Virus record (IMG/VR): IMGVR_UViG_3300013102_000031
Source of the DNA: an uncultured virus (IMG/VR IMGVR_UViG_3300013102_000031)
Taxonomy: Duplodnaviria; Heunggongvirae; Uroviricota; Caudoviricetes
Strand: one strand, 5' to 3'
DNA: 20,000 nucleotides
Shown here: positions 1 through 8,359 of the stretch, piece after piece
How positions within the stretch are numbered: position 1 is the stretch's first letter
How the letters are laid out: each line of letters starts with the position of its first letter
Translations under genes and position numbers: made by a program
Notes under the pieces: model-generated
Database searches by the model: none
Told to the model about the DNA's origin: nothing
What the model saw: the letters and a program-made list of their open reading frames with translations, nothing else

Positions 1-272
1 CCAATAACTTCGTCTAATAGGGTAATACCAAGTTTATTAAGAATCGGCAACATTCTTTCAATTTTTCTCTCAGAGTTCGTGCCAAACTTACCACTACAAA
101 TACAAGGCTTCCGGCCTGATAAAATTGAAGCTGCTGTTACAGTGGAAACCAGAGAACAGATAATACATTTAACGGTAAACCTTGATCGTTGATTTTTGCC
201 AAACTCTAGAACTTCGTAATTAGCCCCATTTTGGGAGTAAATACTATCTTTATAATATTCTGATAAAAGCAT
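1..272 (-). CDS. Partial ORF (runs off window): Cys-rich zinc-ribbon protein, possibly N-terminus of a homing-endonuclease-like protein
   Basis: Not in ORF track; translated by hand from ATG at 272: MLLSEYYKDSIYSQNGANYEVLEFGKNQRSRFTVKCIICSLVSTVTAASILSGRKPCICSGKFGTNSERKIERMLPILNKLGITLLDEVI, open to the window edge. Has CxxC...G-x-x-PCxC. Starts 2 nt after the upstream stop, no clear SD. Confidence 0.55.
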   Translation of the reverse strand, partial: MLLSEYYKDSIYSQNGANYEVLEFGKNQRSRFTVKCIICSLVSTVTAASILSGRKPCICSGKFGTNSERKIERMLPILNKLGITLLDEVI

Positions 273-274
273 AT

Positions 275-649
275 TCAATTCAACGGATCAAGAGAAATGG
301 GTGTTGTAATTTCCCCAGTAACAACTCTTACGCTGAATACCAGAGAATACTTACGATTTACAAAAGTAGAATTAAAGGTAACAATTTCCTTTACACCCTG
401 CTCTTTTAATATTTCCTGTTGGAAAATCAGATCAGCCGCTGCTTTAGAAGTTTGCTTTTGTCCAAGGAGTCTTTGGAACCAAGGAACACCATAAGTAGTG
501 TCCAAAAACCATTCTTGACGAAAAGTAAGTAAACGTATCTTTAGCCGTTGTCCAACAGTTTCAGTAAGAGGTTGAGTTGTATCTTCTCTCTGCAATGGCC
601 CGTTGTGCCAGATAATATCCCAAGATGCGGGCTCAAGTTTGAAGTCCAA
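275..649 (-). CDS. Baseplate wedge / sheath initiator (T4 gp25 / P2 gpW-like), ~124 aa
   Basis: Likely start is TTG at 649 (MDFKLEPASWDII), with AGGAGA SD 5 nt upstream overlapping the spike stop; the ORF-track start at 832 overlaps the spike gene. Motif QRLKIRLLTFRQEWFLDTTYGVPW is typical of this family; lies directly after the spike gene. Confidence 0.8.
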   Translation of the reverse strand: MDFKLEPASWDIIWHNGPLQREDTTQPLTETVGQRLKIRLLTFRQEWFLDTTYGVPWFQRLLGQKQTSKAAADLIFQQEILKEQGVKEIVTFNSTFVNRKYSLVFSVRVVTGEITTPISLDPLN

Positions 650-659
650 AAGTATCTCC

Positions 660-1445
660 TTATGCTGTAGGAGTACCAGAAGTACCACCGCCAACTGTAA
701 CGCCAATGTGTTTGTGGGTAGAGAATGGAATACCGTTGAAGGTTGCAATCCCAGTGATTGTATAATTACCAATTTGAACAAGATTACCTTGTAGGTTGAT
801 ATTACCAATCCAAGTTGTAACGTCCGCATCAACTACCATACTTGGGGTATTCAAATTAATGCTTGTTGCAGCATTAATAGTGACGTCGGAACCTTCAATA
901 ATAATCGGCATATTGCTTGTTGTAATTCCAATACTGCCGTCTGACTTAATTCTAACTTCAGCTTCTACGCCACCAAGATTGCCGAATAGAACAGTATCCT
1001 TAGTATCGTGAGTGAGTACATGCTTTGCTGGGTTATTAACAGCTACACCGGGAGGCTGAATCCCCGGAAGGAATATTGCATCTCCTTTGTCCATCTTGGC
1101 AAAGTTGGCTGGACTAGATGGTCTGCCATTTCCACCTTTCCAACCATCCATATTTCTCATCGAGAATATTGCCATACCCGTATCCCCAACTTCAATTGGG
1201 AATGTGAAGCCTGCCTTCTTAGAGACTTGGAACGAGATAGGAACACCGCCAATAGTGGGGTACTCTTTTACAGTCCCGTCTTGAAACTTTTGATTGATGG
1301 TTGGTTGGATATCTACCATCTGCCCATTTAATCCGTCACGTACAGCAACAACGATACAAGGAATATTGGTAAAGACATTATCCATCTGACTATCGAAAGC
1401 GCTTACTAGAGAGGCTTGGATAGCTGCTACAGCTTCTGAACTCAT
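660..1445 (-). CDS. Baseplate central spike / puncturing protein (gp138/gpV-like)
   Basis: N-terminal OB-fold-like region (MVDIQPTIN...FTFPIEVGDTG...DAIFLPG), beta-repeat C-terminal half, apex HxH motif (FSTHKHIGV...GGGTSGTP). Confidence 0.88.
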   Translation of the reverse strand: MSSEAVAAIQASLVSAFDSQMDNVFTNIPCIVVAVRDGLNGQMVDIQPTINQKFQDGTVKEYPTIGGVPISFQVSKKAGFTFPIEVGDTGMAIFSMRNMDGWKGGNGRPSSPANFAKMDKGDAIFLPGIQPPGVAVNNPAKHVLTHDTKDTVLFGNLGGVEAEVRIKSDGSIGITTSNMPIIIEGSDVTINAATSINLNTPSMVVDADVTTWIGNINLQGNLVQIGNYTITGIATFNGIPFSTHKHIGVTVGGGTSGTPTA

Positions 1446-2344
1446 TTAGTTGCAGCTCCTTGTTGAATAACTTTCTCAAGACTAGTAGCACGTATCTCAG
1501 TGTACCAACCTGAACTTCTCCAACCACCAGAATGTCTTAAAGTGTCCACCTTAAACCACCCAGTAATTAACGTATCTTCAAGCCTAATGATATCACCCGC
1601 CCGTATGTCGGGATTTAACAGAATCTTCATCTGTACACCGGGCTTTTTAACTTTATCTTTCTTAGAGCGTTGTCGATCACCAGAAACTCTGTAAGCACTT
1701 TCAATTAAGCCCGTACCTTCCGATATAACATAAGCTTGCTGAAAGTTCTCAGAGTTTCCTCTGTCATTGTCATGAATATAGACAACACCATCATCTAGTT
1801 GCCAGTTGCAAGCGTACTTCTCACAAATCTCATCCAACATCTCTTTGGGCGTGCCGCTTAGTGGATATCCGTATATGAGAGGATTGCTAAGATTAGTTCC
1901 GTTAAATACTCCACGATCTGCACCAATGGCCTTGATAAGCCGATTAGCTGCATCTTTAGGGCTTTGGCCTTCTGGGACAAACTCAGATAAAACTTGATGG
2001 TTAAGTTCGGTGTAGCCTGTACCCATTGTGATTTGGGTAACACGATCAGTACCTGATTTACGTGTTGAGGTGTGGGTTACTTGACCTGAAAATAGACGCT
2101 TGGGCCCACCAGTATCCAAGTAACCAGCGCTGAAGACTGCTGCTGGGTAGTCAGTATCTAGGAGTTTGATATGCTCAAGAGATAGGTTGTACACTTCAAT
2201 ACTTGCACTATTAGTTTTCTTTTTATTATCTGAGCTTTTACTAATGTCAAATGTAACTTGAAGATCAGTGACCTGCAAACCTTCTCCAGTCTGAAAATCC
2301 CCAATGATAAGTTCGTACTGGCGATTCCTCTGGATTAAGTCCAT
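1442..2344 (-). CDS. Baseplate hub protein
   Basis: 300 aa; NSASIEVYNLS, SAGY, LFSGQV, LLNPDIRAGDIIRLE motifs; immediately upstream of spike with ATGA-like 4-nt overlap. Confidence 0.78.
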   Translation of the reverse strand: MDLIQRNRQYELIIGDFQTGEGLQVTDLQVTFDISKSSDNKKKTNSASIEVYNLSLEHIKLLDTDYPAAVFSAGYLDTGGPKRLFSGQVTHTSTRKSGTDRVTQITMGTGYTELNHQVLSEFVPEGQSPKDAANRLIKAIGADRGVFNGTNLSNPLIYGYPLSGTPKEMLDEICEKYACNWQLDDGVVYIHDNDRGNSENFQQAYVISEGTGLIESAYRVSGDRQRSKKDKVKKPGVQMKILLNPDIRAGDIIRLEDTLITGWFKVDTLRHSGGWRSSGWYTEIRATSLEKVIQQGAATK

Positions 2345-2682
2345 TAATCTTCCTCGGTGGTATAGATGTAGAAGAGATTGTAATACTGATCAATTGAATC
2401 AGGATAAACTTTATAAGGTTCACTAATAATATCTGCTTTCTCTTCCATCCAGATAAATCCTGTCAACGGAAAGATTGCATAGTCCAAGAATATTGGATAA
2501 TTAGGAACTAGAGCTTCACCTAAAACAACAGGATTGTTATCAGCATCATACAAATTGATAAAGTACAGCTTAGCCCTTTCATTATAGATAAACTCAAAGA
2601 TGTATGAGTCACCTTGAAAGGCTATGGTATAAGTGTAATATGTGTCACCAAACAAAGGCATTGCTATATATTTATCAGCCAT
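2344..2682 (-). CDS. Small baseplate (plug-like) protein
   Basis: 112 aa, aromatic/acidic, YNER...FINLYD...GEALVP; position between tube initiator and hub; coupled overlaps at both ends. Confidence 0.6.
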   Translation of the reverse strand: MADKYIAMPLFGDTYYTYTIAFQGDSYIFEFIYNERAKLYFINLYDADNNPVVLGEALVPNYPIFLDYAIFPLTGFIWMEEKADIISEPYKVYPDSIDQYYNLFYIYTTEED

Positions 2683-3460
2683 TAGCTCTTGCCTGCCTTA
2701 GCGGATCAGTGTCTTTAGGGGAGTTACCACTACCAACATCTTGTGGTGTACTGTCTTGTTTACCTTTAGAGTTCTTACTAGAAGCTTTCTTTTTCAAAGC
2801 ATCCTGCACATCTTTGGGAATGACAGTTTTCTTCAAGAAAGCAAAAGTAACTTGCTCAAACGTGATGTCACAATAAAGACCATACCCAGTGTTAGGATCT
2901 TCTTTGAAAGTAATCTTAGTCATTACAAGATTATTGATTACTTTACGTAGCAGTGTGTTATCATACTCAAACAAGCGTACGAGCTGAATACTCGGATCAA
3001 ATTGACCGGTCTTGTCGTTAAAAACAACACCGGCAGTAAGATCAATAAGAGCTTGTCTAATCTGCTCAATAAGATCAGCACGCCTACTATCAATAACTAC
3101 TTCAGGAGTACTGTCTGACAGAAACTGACCAATGCTGTCCGGGATAAACTTCTTCAAGACACTTTGATCTGTGGAGTTTACACTAACAGCATTAGGAGCT
3201 TCGTTACTGTTGTAAGGGTTGTTGCCATCCAAGTCTTGAATTAGGTAAGTACCAGTAGAGATATCTACACCAGTAATTACGGCACCAATTGTAAAGGTGG
3301 GATTATTACGGATAAAGTGATCAGTAACATTAGATCCGCCGTCAATTGGGTGTTTTGTCACACTACCAGTATAACTTTGAGTGTACGCGACCGTCGCATC
3401 CAGATAGATGAATCCGCCATCTTGAATTGAGGAGTCACCCCATTCGATTGCCAAACTCAT
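2675..3460 (-). CDS. Tail tube initiator / distal tail (Dit-like) baseplate protein
   Basis: 261 aa directly after tape measure; VTKHPIDGGSNVTDH motif; GGAG SD upstream. Confidence 0.7.
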   Translation of the reverse strand: MSLAIEWGDSSIQDGGFIYLDATVAYTQSYTGSVTKHPIDGGSNVTDHFIRNNPTFTIGAVITGVDISTGTYLIQDLDGNNPYNSNEAPNAVSVNSTDQSVLKKFIPDSIGQFLSDSTPEVVIDSRRADLIEQIRQALIDLTAGVVFNDKTGQFDPSIQLVRLFEYDNTLLRKVINNLVMTKITFKEDPNTGYGLYCDITFEQVTFAFLKKTVIPKDVQDALKKKASSKNSKGKQDSTPQDVGSGNSPKDTDPLRQARANG

Positions 3461-3470
3461 AGGTGACTCC

Positions 3471-5357
3471 TTATTGTTTTACTGGGAACTGGACATTAAC
3501 TTGATCGAATGATTGAACAAACATATTTGCTACAGCTTCACCAATAGCTTGAGCTTGAGCATTTGCGTCCATACCCTGAAGCGTTGAGCCATCAACATTA
3601 ACTTCAATGTTGATTTCATTGCTATTGTTATTCACAATACCCATTGCTTTATCTTCAGCCGCTGCCTTGGCCATTTCAGCTTGTTGATCATCATAACCAG
3701 CAGCATCATGGTAGTAGAGAGAATTAGGATCGTCATAAACCGCACGGCCTCTTTCGCGGGCTTTGTTCATGTTAAAGCCAGTGTTGTTTATAATGTCACC
3801 AACAATGGCTGCTGGTGAAGCATACTCTAAACCAAACAAATTAGCTTTTTCAGTGGAACTATTACTTGTCTCGGAAGTTGGAAGCGATCCACTTTTCCAC
3901 TTCTGGAATTCAGCAATCGCATTCATGATAGAGGCAATTTCTTTTGCTGTGGCTTCAAGTGTTGGGAGGAAGTCAAACTTAATACTGGAGATATCTGTGA
4001 AGATTTGCTTAATATCTGTCCAGTCTTTCTTGAGTTGTGCCGTCTTATCAGCACCTAACCAATCAGCTACAACACTATCCTTGCCTTCTAAAGCCCTCAT
4101 GAACGATTGTGGAAAAAGGAGTAGATCATCGGCCCACTTAGTGGCCTCATTAAAGCCCTCAGCCAACCCCTTAACCAGAGTACCACTCTCACTCAATCCT
4201 GCGTTTAATGTACGGAATATACGCGCAAAACCCTCTTCTACACCAGCATCAGAAGCTACAATAGCCATATCATTAACAGTATTCTGATAACGGGCTTGTT
4301 CAGCCTGAGATGCCTGAGAAGCCTTTACCAATCCCGGCTGGGAACGTTCACTTGCAATATTGGCTGCGTAGTTGAGGATATTACCACGAACTTGCCCCTT
4401 CTTCATTGCAGCTTCAAGTGCAATGATAGCAGCGCTTCCTGTAAGATCCCCCTTTCCCTTACCAGTTTCTCTCAACTGCTGTTGATAAGCTTGTGCAAAG
4501 ATATCTTTGGCACCGGGAAGGCTGTTGCCAAGTTGTTTTGTCAGCTCTTCTGCTTGCAGTTTATCTTTACCGGCAATTTGAGAGAGTGCGTTAAATACTA
4601 GTTTCTGTCTTGCTGGAGAGAGCTTGTTAACACGCCCGTATTCAGCAAAACCTTTAAAGATGTTCTGTGACTGCGCTACAGTACCACCAGCACCTAAGAG
4701 GTTAGAGGTAAGTACGTTGAAATCACCAGATGAGTCAAGGTAGTTGAAACCTACACGGTTCGCAGTCTTGCGCAGCCAATCAAAAGATTGTTCACCTTGT
4801 TCAGCCGTACCGCCATTCCCTGTGATCACTGCTTGAGTTTGAAGCTGAGCAGCAACTACTTCTTGGTTACGTTTATTAAGAGCATTAAGCCCATAACCAC
4901 CAAGACCAAGCGCAATGGCAGGACCAAGTAAACTTGGCATTCCACGAGTACGACCAACTCCTCCAGCAACTGCCCCAGTAACAGCGGCCTCTCTTACACG
5001 CCTCCCCGGTGGAGTGACAGGAGGGATGTGCGGAGGTTGAATAGTTGGCCTTAGAGGGTGGGCCATCCCGGCTCGGGCCATTGCCAAGCCAACAGTCTGA
5101 TTCAGTGCAGCTTGGTTGACAACAAATCTGTTAATGTCGAAGACAACACGATTACTAGCTATGTCAAAAGCAGTACCAAGAACTCTTTCAAGTTTGCGTT
5201 GGTCAACTGTAAAGTTACCAATACCAAAGCTTAGATTACCAAAAGCACTAAACTTCTTAAGTTTTTTCTCAAGAGTATCTAGGGCTTTATCAACCTTCTT
5301 CAATCCTTTGGTGTCTACATCAAAACCGAGTGACGCAAAGTATTTTGCAATCTGCAC
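3471..5357 (-). CDS. Tape measure protein
   Basis: 628 aa, Ala/Gly-rich helical; ALSQIAGKDKLQAEELTKQLGNSLPGA matches the tape-measure N-terminal domain motif; GTG start with GGAG SD; follows the chaperone pair. Confidence 0.88.
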   Translation of the reverse strand: MQIAKYFASLGFDVDTKGLKKVDKALDTLEKKLKKFSAFGNLSFGIGNFTVDQRKLERVLGTAFDIASNRVVFDINRFVVNQAALNQTVGLAMARAGMAHPLRPTIQPPHIPPVTPPGRRVREAAVTGAVAGGVGRTRGMPSLLGPAIALGLGGYGLNALNKRNQEVVAAQLQTQAVITGNGGTAEQGEQSFDWLRKTANRVGFNYLDSSGDFNVLTSNLLGAGGTVAQSQNIFKGFAEYGRVNKLSPARQKLVFNALSQIAGKDKLQAEELTKQLGNSLPGAKDIFAQAYQQQLRETGKGKGDLTGSAAIIALEAAMKKGQVRGNILNYAANIASERSQPGLVKASQASQAEQARYQNTVNDMAIVASDAGVEEGFARIFRTLNAGLSESGTLVKGLAEGFNEATKWADDLLLFPQSFMRALEGKDSVVADWLGADKTAQLKKDWTDIKQIFTDISSIKFDFLPTLEATAKEIASIMNAIAEFQKWKSGSLPTSETSNSSTEKANLFGLEYASPAAIVGDIINNTGFNMNKARERGRAVYDDPNSLYYHDAAGYDDQQAEMAKAAAEDKAMGIVNNNSNEINIEVNVDGSTLQGMDANAQAQAIGEAVANMFVQSFDQVNVQFPVKQ

Positions 5358-5371
5358 TGTTTATTACTCCG

Positions 5372-5584
5372 TCACTTTAGTTTATTTTTATCTGCTTTAG
5401 CTTTTTCTATAGCTTGCTGATGTAGAGAATCATACACATCCAGCATTTCAATCAACTTAAGCATCTGTCTTGTAGAATATTTCCATTCCATCTCAGATGC
5501 TAATTCCAACCCACCTTTCTCATGCATTGCAATTCTGTAAATACTCCAATGTTGAGAAAAGGTTTTGTCTATCTCTTGATCCAA
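5372..5584 (-). CDS. Second tail assembly chaperone (lambda gpT-like); probably made as a -1 frameshift extension of the upstream gene
   Basis: 70 aa, TTG start with no clear SD; its reading frame stays open upstream into the 3' end of the 5623..5943 gene; sits just before tape measure. Confidence 0.7.
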   Translation of the reverse strand: MDQEIDKTFSQHWSIYRIAMHEKGGLELASEMEWKYSTRQMLKLIEMLDVYDSLHQQAIEKAKADKNKLK

Positions 5585-5593
5585 TCTTGTTTT

Positions 5594-5652
5594 ACCCGAT
5601 ACAGGCTGTCCATTGGACTGTATTATTCTTCTGTATCGGGTGCCTGAAAAAG
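5594..5652 (-). promoter_or_regulatory. Candidate programmed -1 ribosomal frameshift signal (CTT-TTT, 5-nt spacer, 11-bp stem)
   Basis: Minus strand reads GAG CTT TTT CAGGC ACCCGATACAG...CTGTATCGGGT; perfect 11-bp inverted repeat at 5631-5641 / 5594-5604. Confidence 0.65.
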
Positions 5653-5943
5653 CTCTTCGAAGTTAAAGTTCAACACTTCCTTATAGAGCTTGTTCAAGTG
5701 GGCATATTTGCGAGAGAAGAAAACATCAAAAGACTTCTCAGTGATCTGCATATTATCTTTAGACACATAGTTGCAGATGATTTGTTTCATCTGACTAAGG
5801 TCAGCTTTGCCTGCGTCAATAGCTTCTTGGTGCTTTTCAATAAAGATTAGACCCTTGGTTGCAGGCATAGCTGATACAAGGTATTCAATATCATCAACTG
5901 TAATAGTTGTTTGTTCAAGTACTTCAAATTTTGGAGCTGCCAT
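5623..5943 (-). CDS. Tail assembly chaperone (lambda gpG-like)
   Basis: 106 aa between tube genes and tape measure; ends VLNFNFEELF, as typical of myovirus chaperones. Confidence 0.78.
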   Translation of the reverse strand: MAAPKFEVLEQTTITVDDIEYLVSAMPATKGLIFIEKHQEAIDAGKADLSQMKQIICNYVSKDNMQITEKSFDVFFSRKYAHLNKLYKEVLNFNFEELFQAPDTEE

Positions 5944-5969
5944 TTATTTTATCTCAGAAATTACATCAG

Positions 5970-6467
5970 TTAGAAAATGTTACTAATAAAATCAGTTGCT
6001 TCATTTACCGCACTGTCAAATAGACTTGTAGACGGACGAGTGTTGCCACCAATTTTATATGTGTCTGTTGACTGGCAAAAGATTTCCCAACCTCTGTATT
6101 CAAAGCCACCTGAATAAGTGGTAGTTGGGTATCCAGTAATGTATGCCTCATTGGATGAGAACACACTTCCACCAGAGCCATCTTTCAACGTAAGGGCGAT
6201 CCTTGCTGTACCTTCCTCTAAATCCAACTCATGGATATATGAAAGTACATCATTAGTTGGGGAGAATTGAGCTAAGGAGAATTGAATAGTTGCTGAAGTA
6301 TCTCTGTTGGGCACTCGTGTGTTTTTACCACGAATACCCCTGACAACACTAAAACCTTTGACAGTTCTGGATATAGAGATGGATTGCCAGCCAACAACTT
6401 GATAGCCACCGATGGTGAGTTTAACATCACCGGGACTATAAGTTGTTACCGTAAAACTATTTGCCAT
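5970..6467 (-). CDS. Tail tube-like structural protein (paralogue 3)
   Basis: 165 aa; TYSPGDVKLTIGG...V.G, L.Q.SPTNDVL, LKDGSG, R.W.I motifs shared with the other two tube-like ORFs. Confidence 0.72.
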   Translation of the reverse strand: MANSFTVTTYSPGDVKLTIGGYQVVGWQSISISRTVKGFSVVRGIRGKNTRVPNRDTSATIQFSLAQFSPTNDVLSYIHELDLEEGTARIALTLKDGSGGSVFSSNEAYITGYPTTTYSGGFEYRGWEIFCQSTDTYKIGGNTRPSTSLFDSAVNEATDFISNIF

Positions 6468-6970
6468 CAGATAATTCCTTCTAGAATTGGTAGAGCACCT
6501 GTGGCAATATTAATTAAGTCTTGGAGGATACTTTGTTCATTTGCATTGCTGCCAATGTTGATAACTGCTTGTGAACTTCTCAATACCCATGTCCGTGTAT
6601 CTACAGAAGCGCTCTTTGACAAAGTTGGAAGACCCTCAATCCATGTAGTGGTACTGAAGAATAAATCAGAGCCAGAGGAATCTTTACAGAGGAAGGCGAA
6701 TTTCCCTCTTTGACTTATTTCATCAAGCTGCCAAAACTTAGTCAACACATCATTTGAGAAGGATCCAGCGTGAAGGGTCAGTGTGATTGTATAAGTCTGA
6801 TCACTCTGATACAGCCTACCCATCTGACCATCCGCTGTCTTAACAGATGTGAATGGCATCATATCTTTATTAATGGATATGAAAGTTCCATCTACAAAAC
6901 CCTCAACTGGCAAGATACCACCAATAAGGCAAACTACATCGTCTGGACAGTAGTTGAAAATTCCAGCCAT
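6467..6970 (-). CDS. Tail tube-like structural protein (paralogue 2)
   Basis: 167 aa; NYCPDDV, GFVDGTFISI, ITLTLH..S.SNDVL, KDSSG, TRTW; GGAG SD. Confidence 0.75.
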   Translation of the reverse strand: MAGIFNYCPDDVVCLIGGILPVEGFVDGTFISINKDMMPFTSVKTADGQMGRLYQSDQTYTITLTLHAGSFSNDVLTKFWQLDEISQRGKFAFLCKDSSGSDLFFSTTTWIEGLPTLSKSASVDTRTWVLRSSQAVINIGSNANEQSILQDLINIATGALPILEGII

Positions 6971-6982
6971 AAAAGCTCCTTA

Positions 6983-7010
6983 GAAAAGAGAGGGCAGACA
7001 AGCTGCCCCA
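6983..7010 (-). terminator. Intrinsic terminator after tail tube gene
   Basis: Minus strand GGGGCAG-CTTGT-CTGCCCT followed by CTCTTTTC, starting a few nt after the tube stop codon; 21-nt core identical to 11675..11695. Confidence 0.7.
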
Positions 7011-7015
7011 TTCAA

Positions 7016-7546
7016 TTATGGATTCAACTGCCAGCGCGGATCAACTTCACCACCAGCAGCTTCAACTGCCGCAACTTCGGAATCACTAAGCGGAATATTG
7101 CCCCCAATAAAGAGGTCAGAACCAAACAAGTAGATAGCCCAGTCGCGGGTGCTAGTGTCTGAAGCAAATTGAACTGCTGGTGGTGCGACGATGATTGCGG
7201 TATTGGAACTAGCAACAGTCTGACCACTGGGATCTTTTAGGGTGCAGTTGAACACCCAATCGTTATTAGTTGTGTTAGCATCAGCCAATTGCAACTGCTG
7301 TAGTACAGTATTACTTGGAGAGTACTGATGAAGTGTAATAGTTACATTCATACCTGTGTTCCGACGACGTACTCTACCGAAGGCTGCGCCCCCAATCCCC
7401 TGATAAGGAATCGAACTCGGCTGTAACCTGTCCATACTAACAAAGGTTCCGTCTGCGAAGCCAGTAACAGTATGAACAAAATCACCCTTAGAAATTACAA
7501 TCGTGAAATCATCGGGGGAATAACTACCAATAAAATTATCGGCCAT
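7016..7546 (-). CDS. Tail tube protein (DUF3277-like)
   Basis: 176 aa; SYSPDD, GFADGTFVS, ITLHQYSPSNTVL, LKDPSG, TRDW; first structural gene after sheath, followed by a terminator. Confidence 0.82.
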   Translation of the reverse strand: MADNFIGSYSPDDFTIVISKGDFVHTVTGFADGTFVSMDRLQPSSIPYQGIGGAAFGRVRRRNTGMNVTITLHQYSPSNTVLQQLQLADANTTNNDWVFNCTLKDPSGQTVASSNTAIIVAPPAVQFASDTSTRDWAIYLFGSDLFIGGNIPLSDSEVAAVEAAGGEVDPRWQLNP

Positions 7547-7555
7547 TAGATTTTC

Positions 7556-8359
7556 CTATGCGTATTGAAAATCAGGATGATTTTCTTTAATTCTTTTGTG
7601 AATGATATATTTCGAATGACCGGTAGCCTCTGTGGCGTGTTTAATACAGTCAAACTTAATATCATTAATAATTACAGCAACAGAACTGTTATGATCTTTA
7701 GGATCAATACCAAAGAAGTTATTCTTCTCTCCATATTGATCCTTTTGTCTTTTCTTTGTTCCGGTAAAACCCTTATCTACACGATTCTGTACAGTGGCAT
7801 AAGAAAGGGCTAGTTTATCAGCCGCTGTTTTTCGATTAGGAAACCAAAAGTCGCCTACAAAAACTGGATTATAAACCTCAGTTTGTTTGTAAACAATATC
7901 CTTCCTACCACGAATAATATCACCGAGAGTTCCGTTCCTTTGGCGATTTTTATAAGTAGATGTGGTAATATTTAATGCTTTGATAGCAACCCTTCGAACA
8001 GGGAACCAAAAACCACTTACGAAAACTGGCGTATCTCGCTTACTTCCGTTAACTGAATATCCGCGACCAGCTTGACCACCCGGCTTAATATTATAACCGA
8101 ACTTCTTTTCACAAGTTCTGTACAATGAAATAGCCTTTACTTCAAGATCTAAGATATAGTCCTTCGTGCCAATACAGGTAATTTCAAAAGAAAAGTTCTC
8201 CCTCCCATATTTATCCATGGCAACACGTATAATAGAAAATGCACTATGCCCCGTTTTCGAGAAATGCCTTTGTTTTCTATTAGCTGGATTTGAAGTAATG
8301 CCTATATACATCTTACCGTTGATTTGGTTAACAATTTTATACAAGTAGCAATCTTTCAT
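7556..8359 (-). CDS. Free-standing GIY-YIG homing endonuclease (Seg-like)
   Basis: YLYKIVNQINGKMYIGIT (GIY-YIG), R..RH, catalytic Glu in LDLEV, GYN motif; C-terminal repeated DNA-binding modules and NUMOD3-like GEKNNFFG; AGGAGG SD; visibly more AT-rich than its neighbours. Confidence 0.92.
   Translation of the reverse strand: MKDCYLYKIVNQINGKMYIGITSNPANRKQRHFSKTGHSAFSIIRVAMDKYGRENFSFEITCIGTKDYILDLEVKAISLYRTCEKKFGYNIKPGGQAGRGYSVNGSKRDTPVFVSGFWFPVRRVAIKALNITTSTYKNRQRNGTLGDIIRGRKDIVYKQTEVYNPVFVGDFWFPNRKTAADKLALSYATVQNRVDKGFTGTKKRQKDQYGEKNNFFGIDPKDHNSSVAVIINDIKFDCIKHATEATGHSKYIIHKRIKENHPDFQYA

Noticed and set aside
650..832. ORF-track N-terminal extension of the wedge gene
   Set aside because: Overlaps the spike gene; a strong SD supports TTG at 649 instead.
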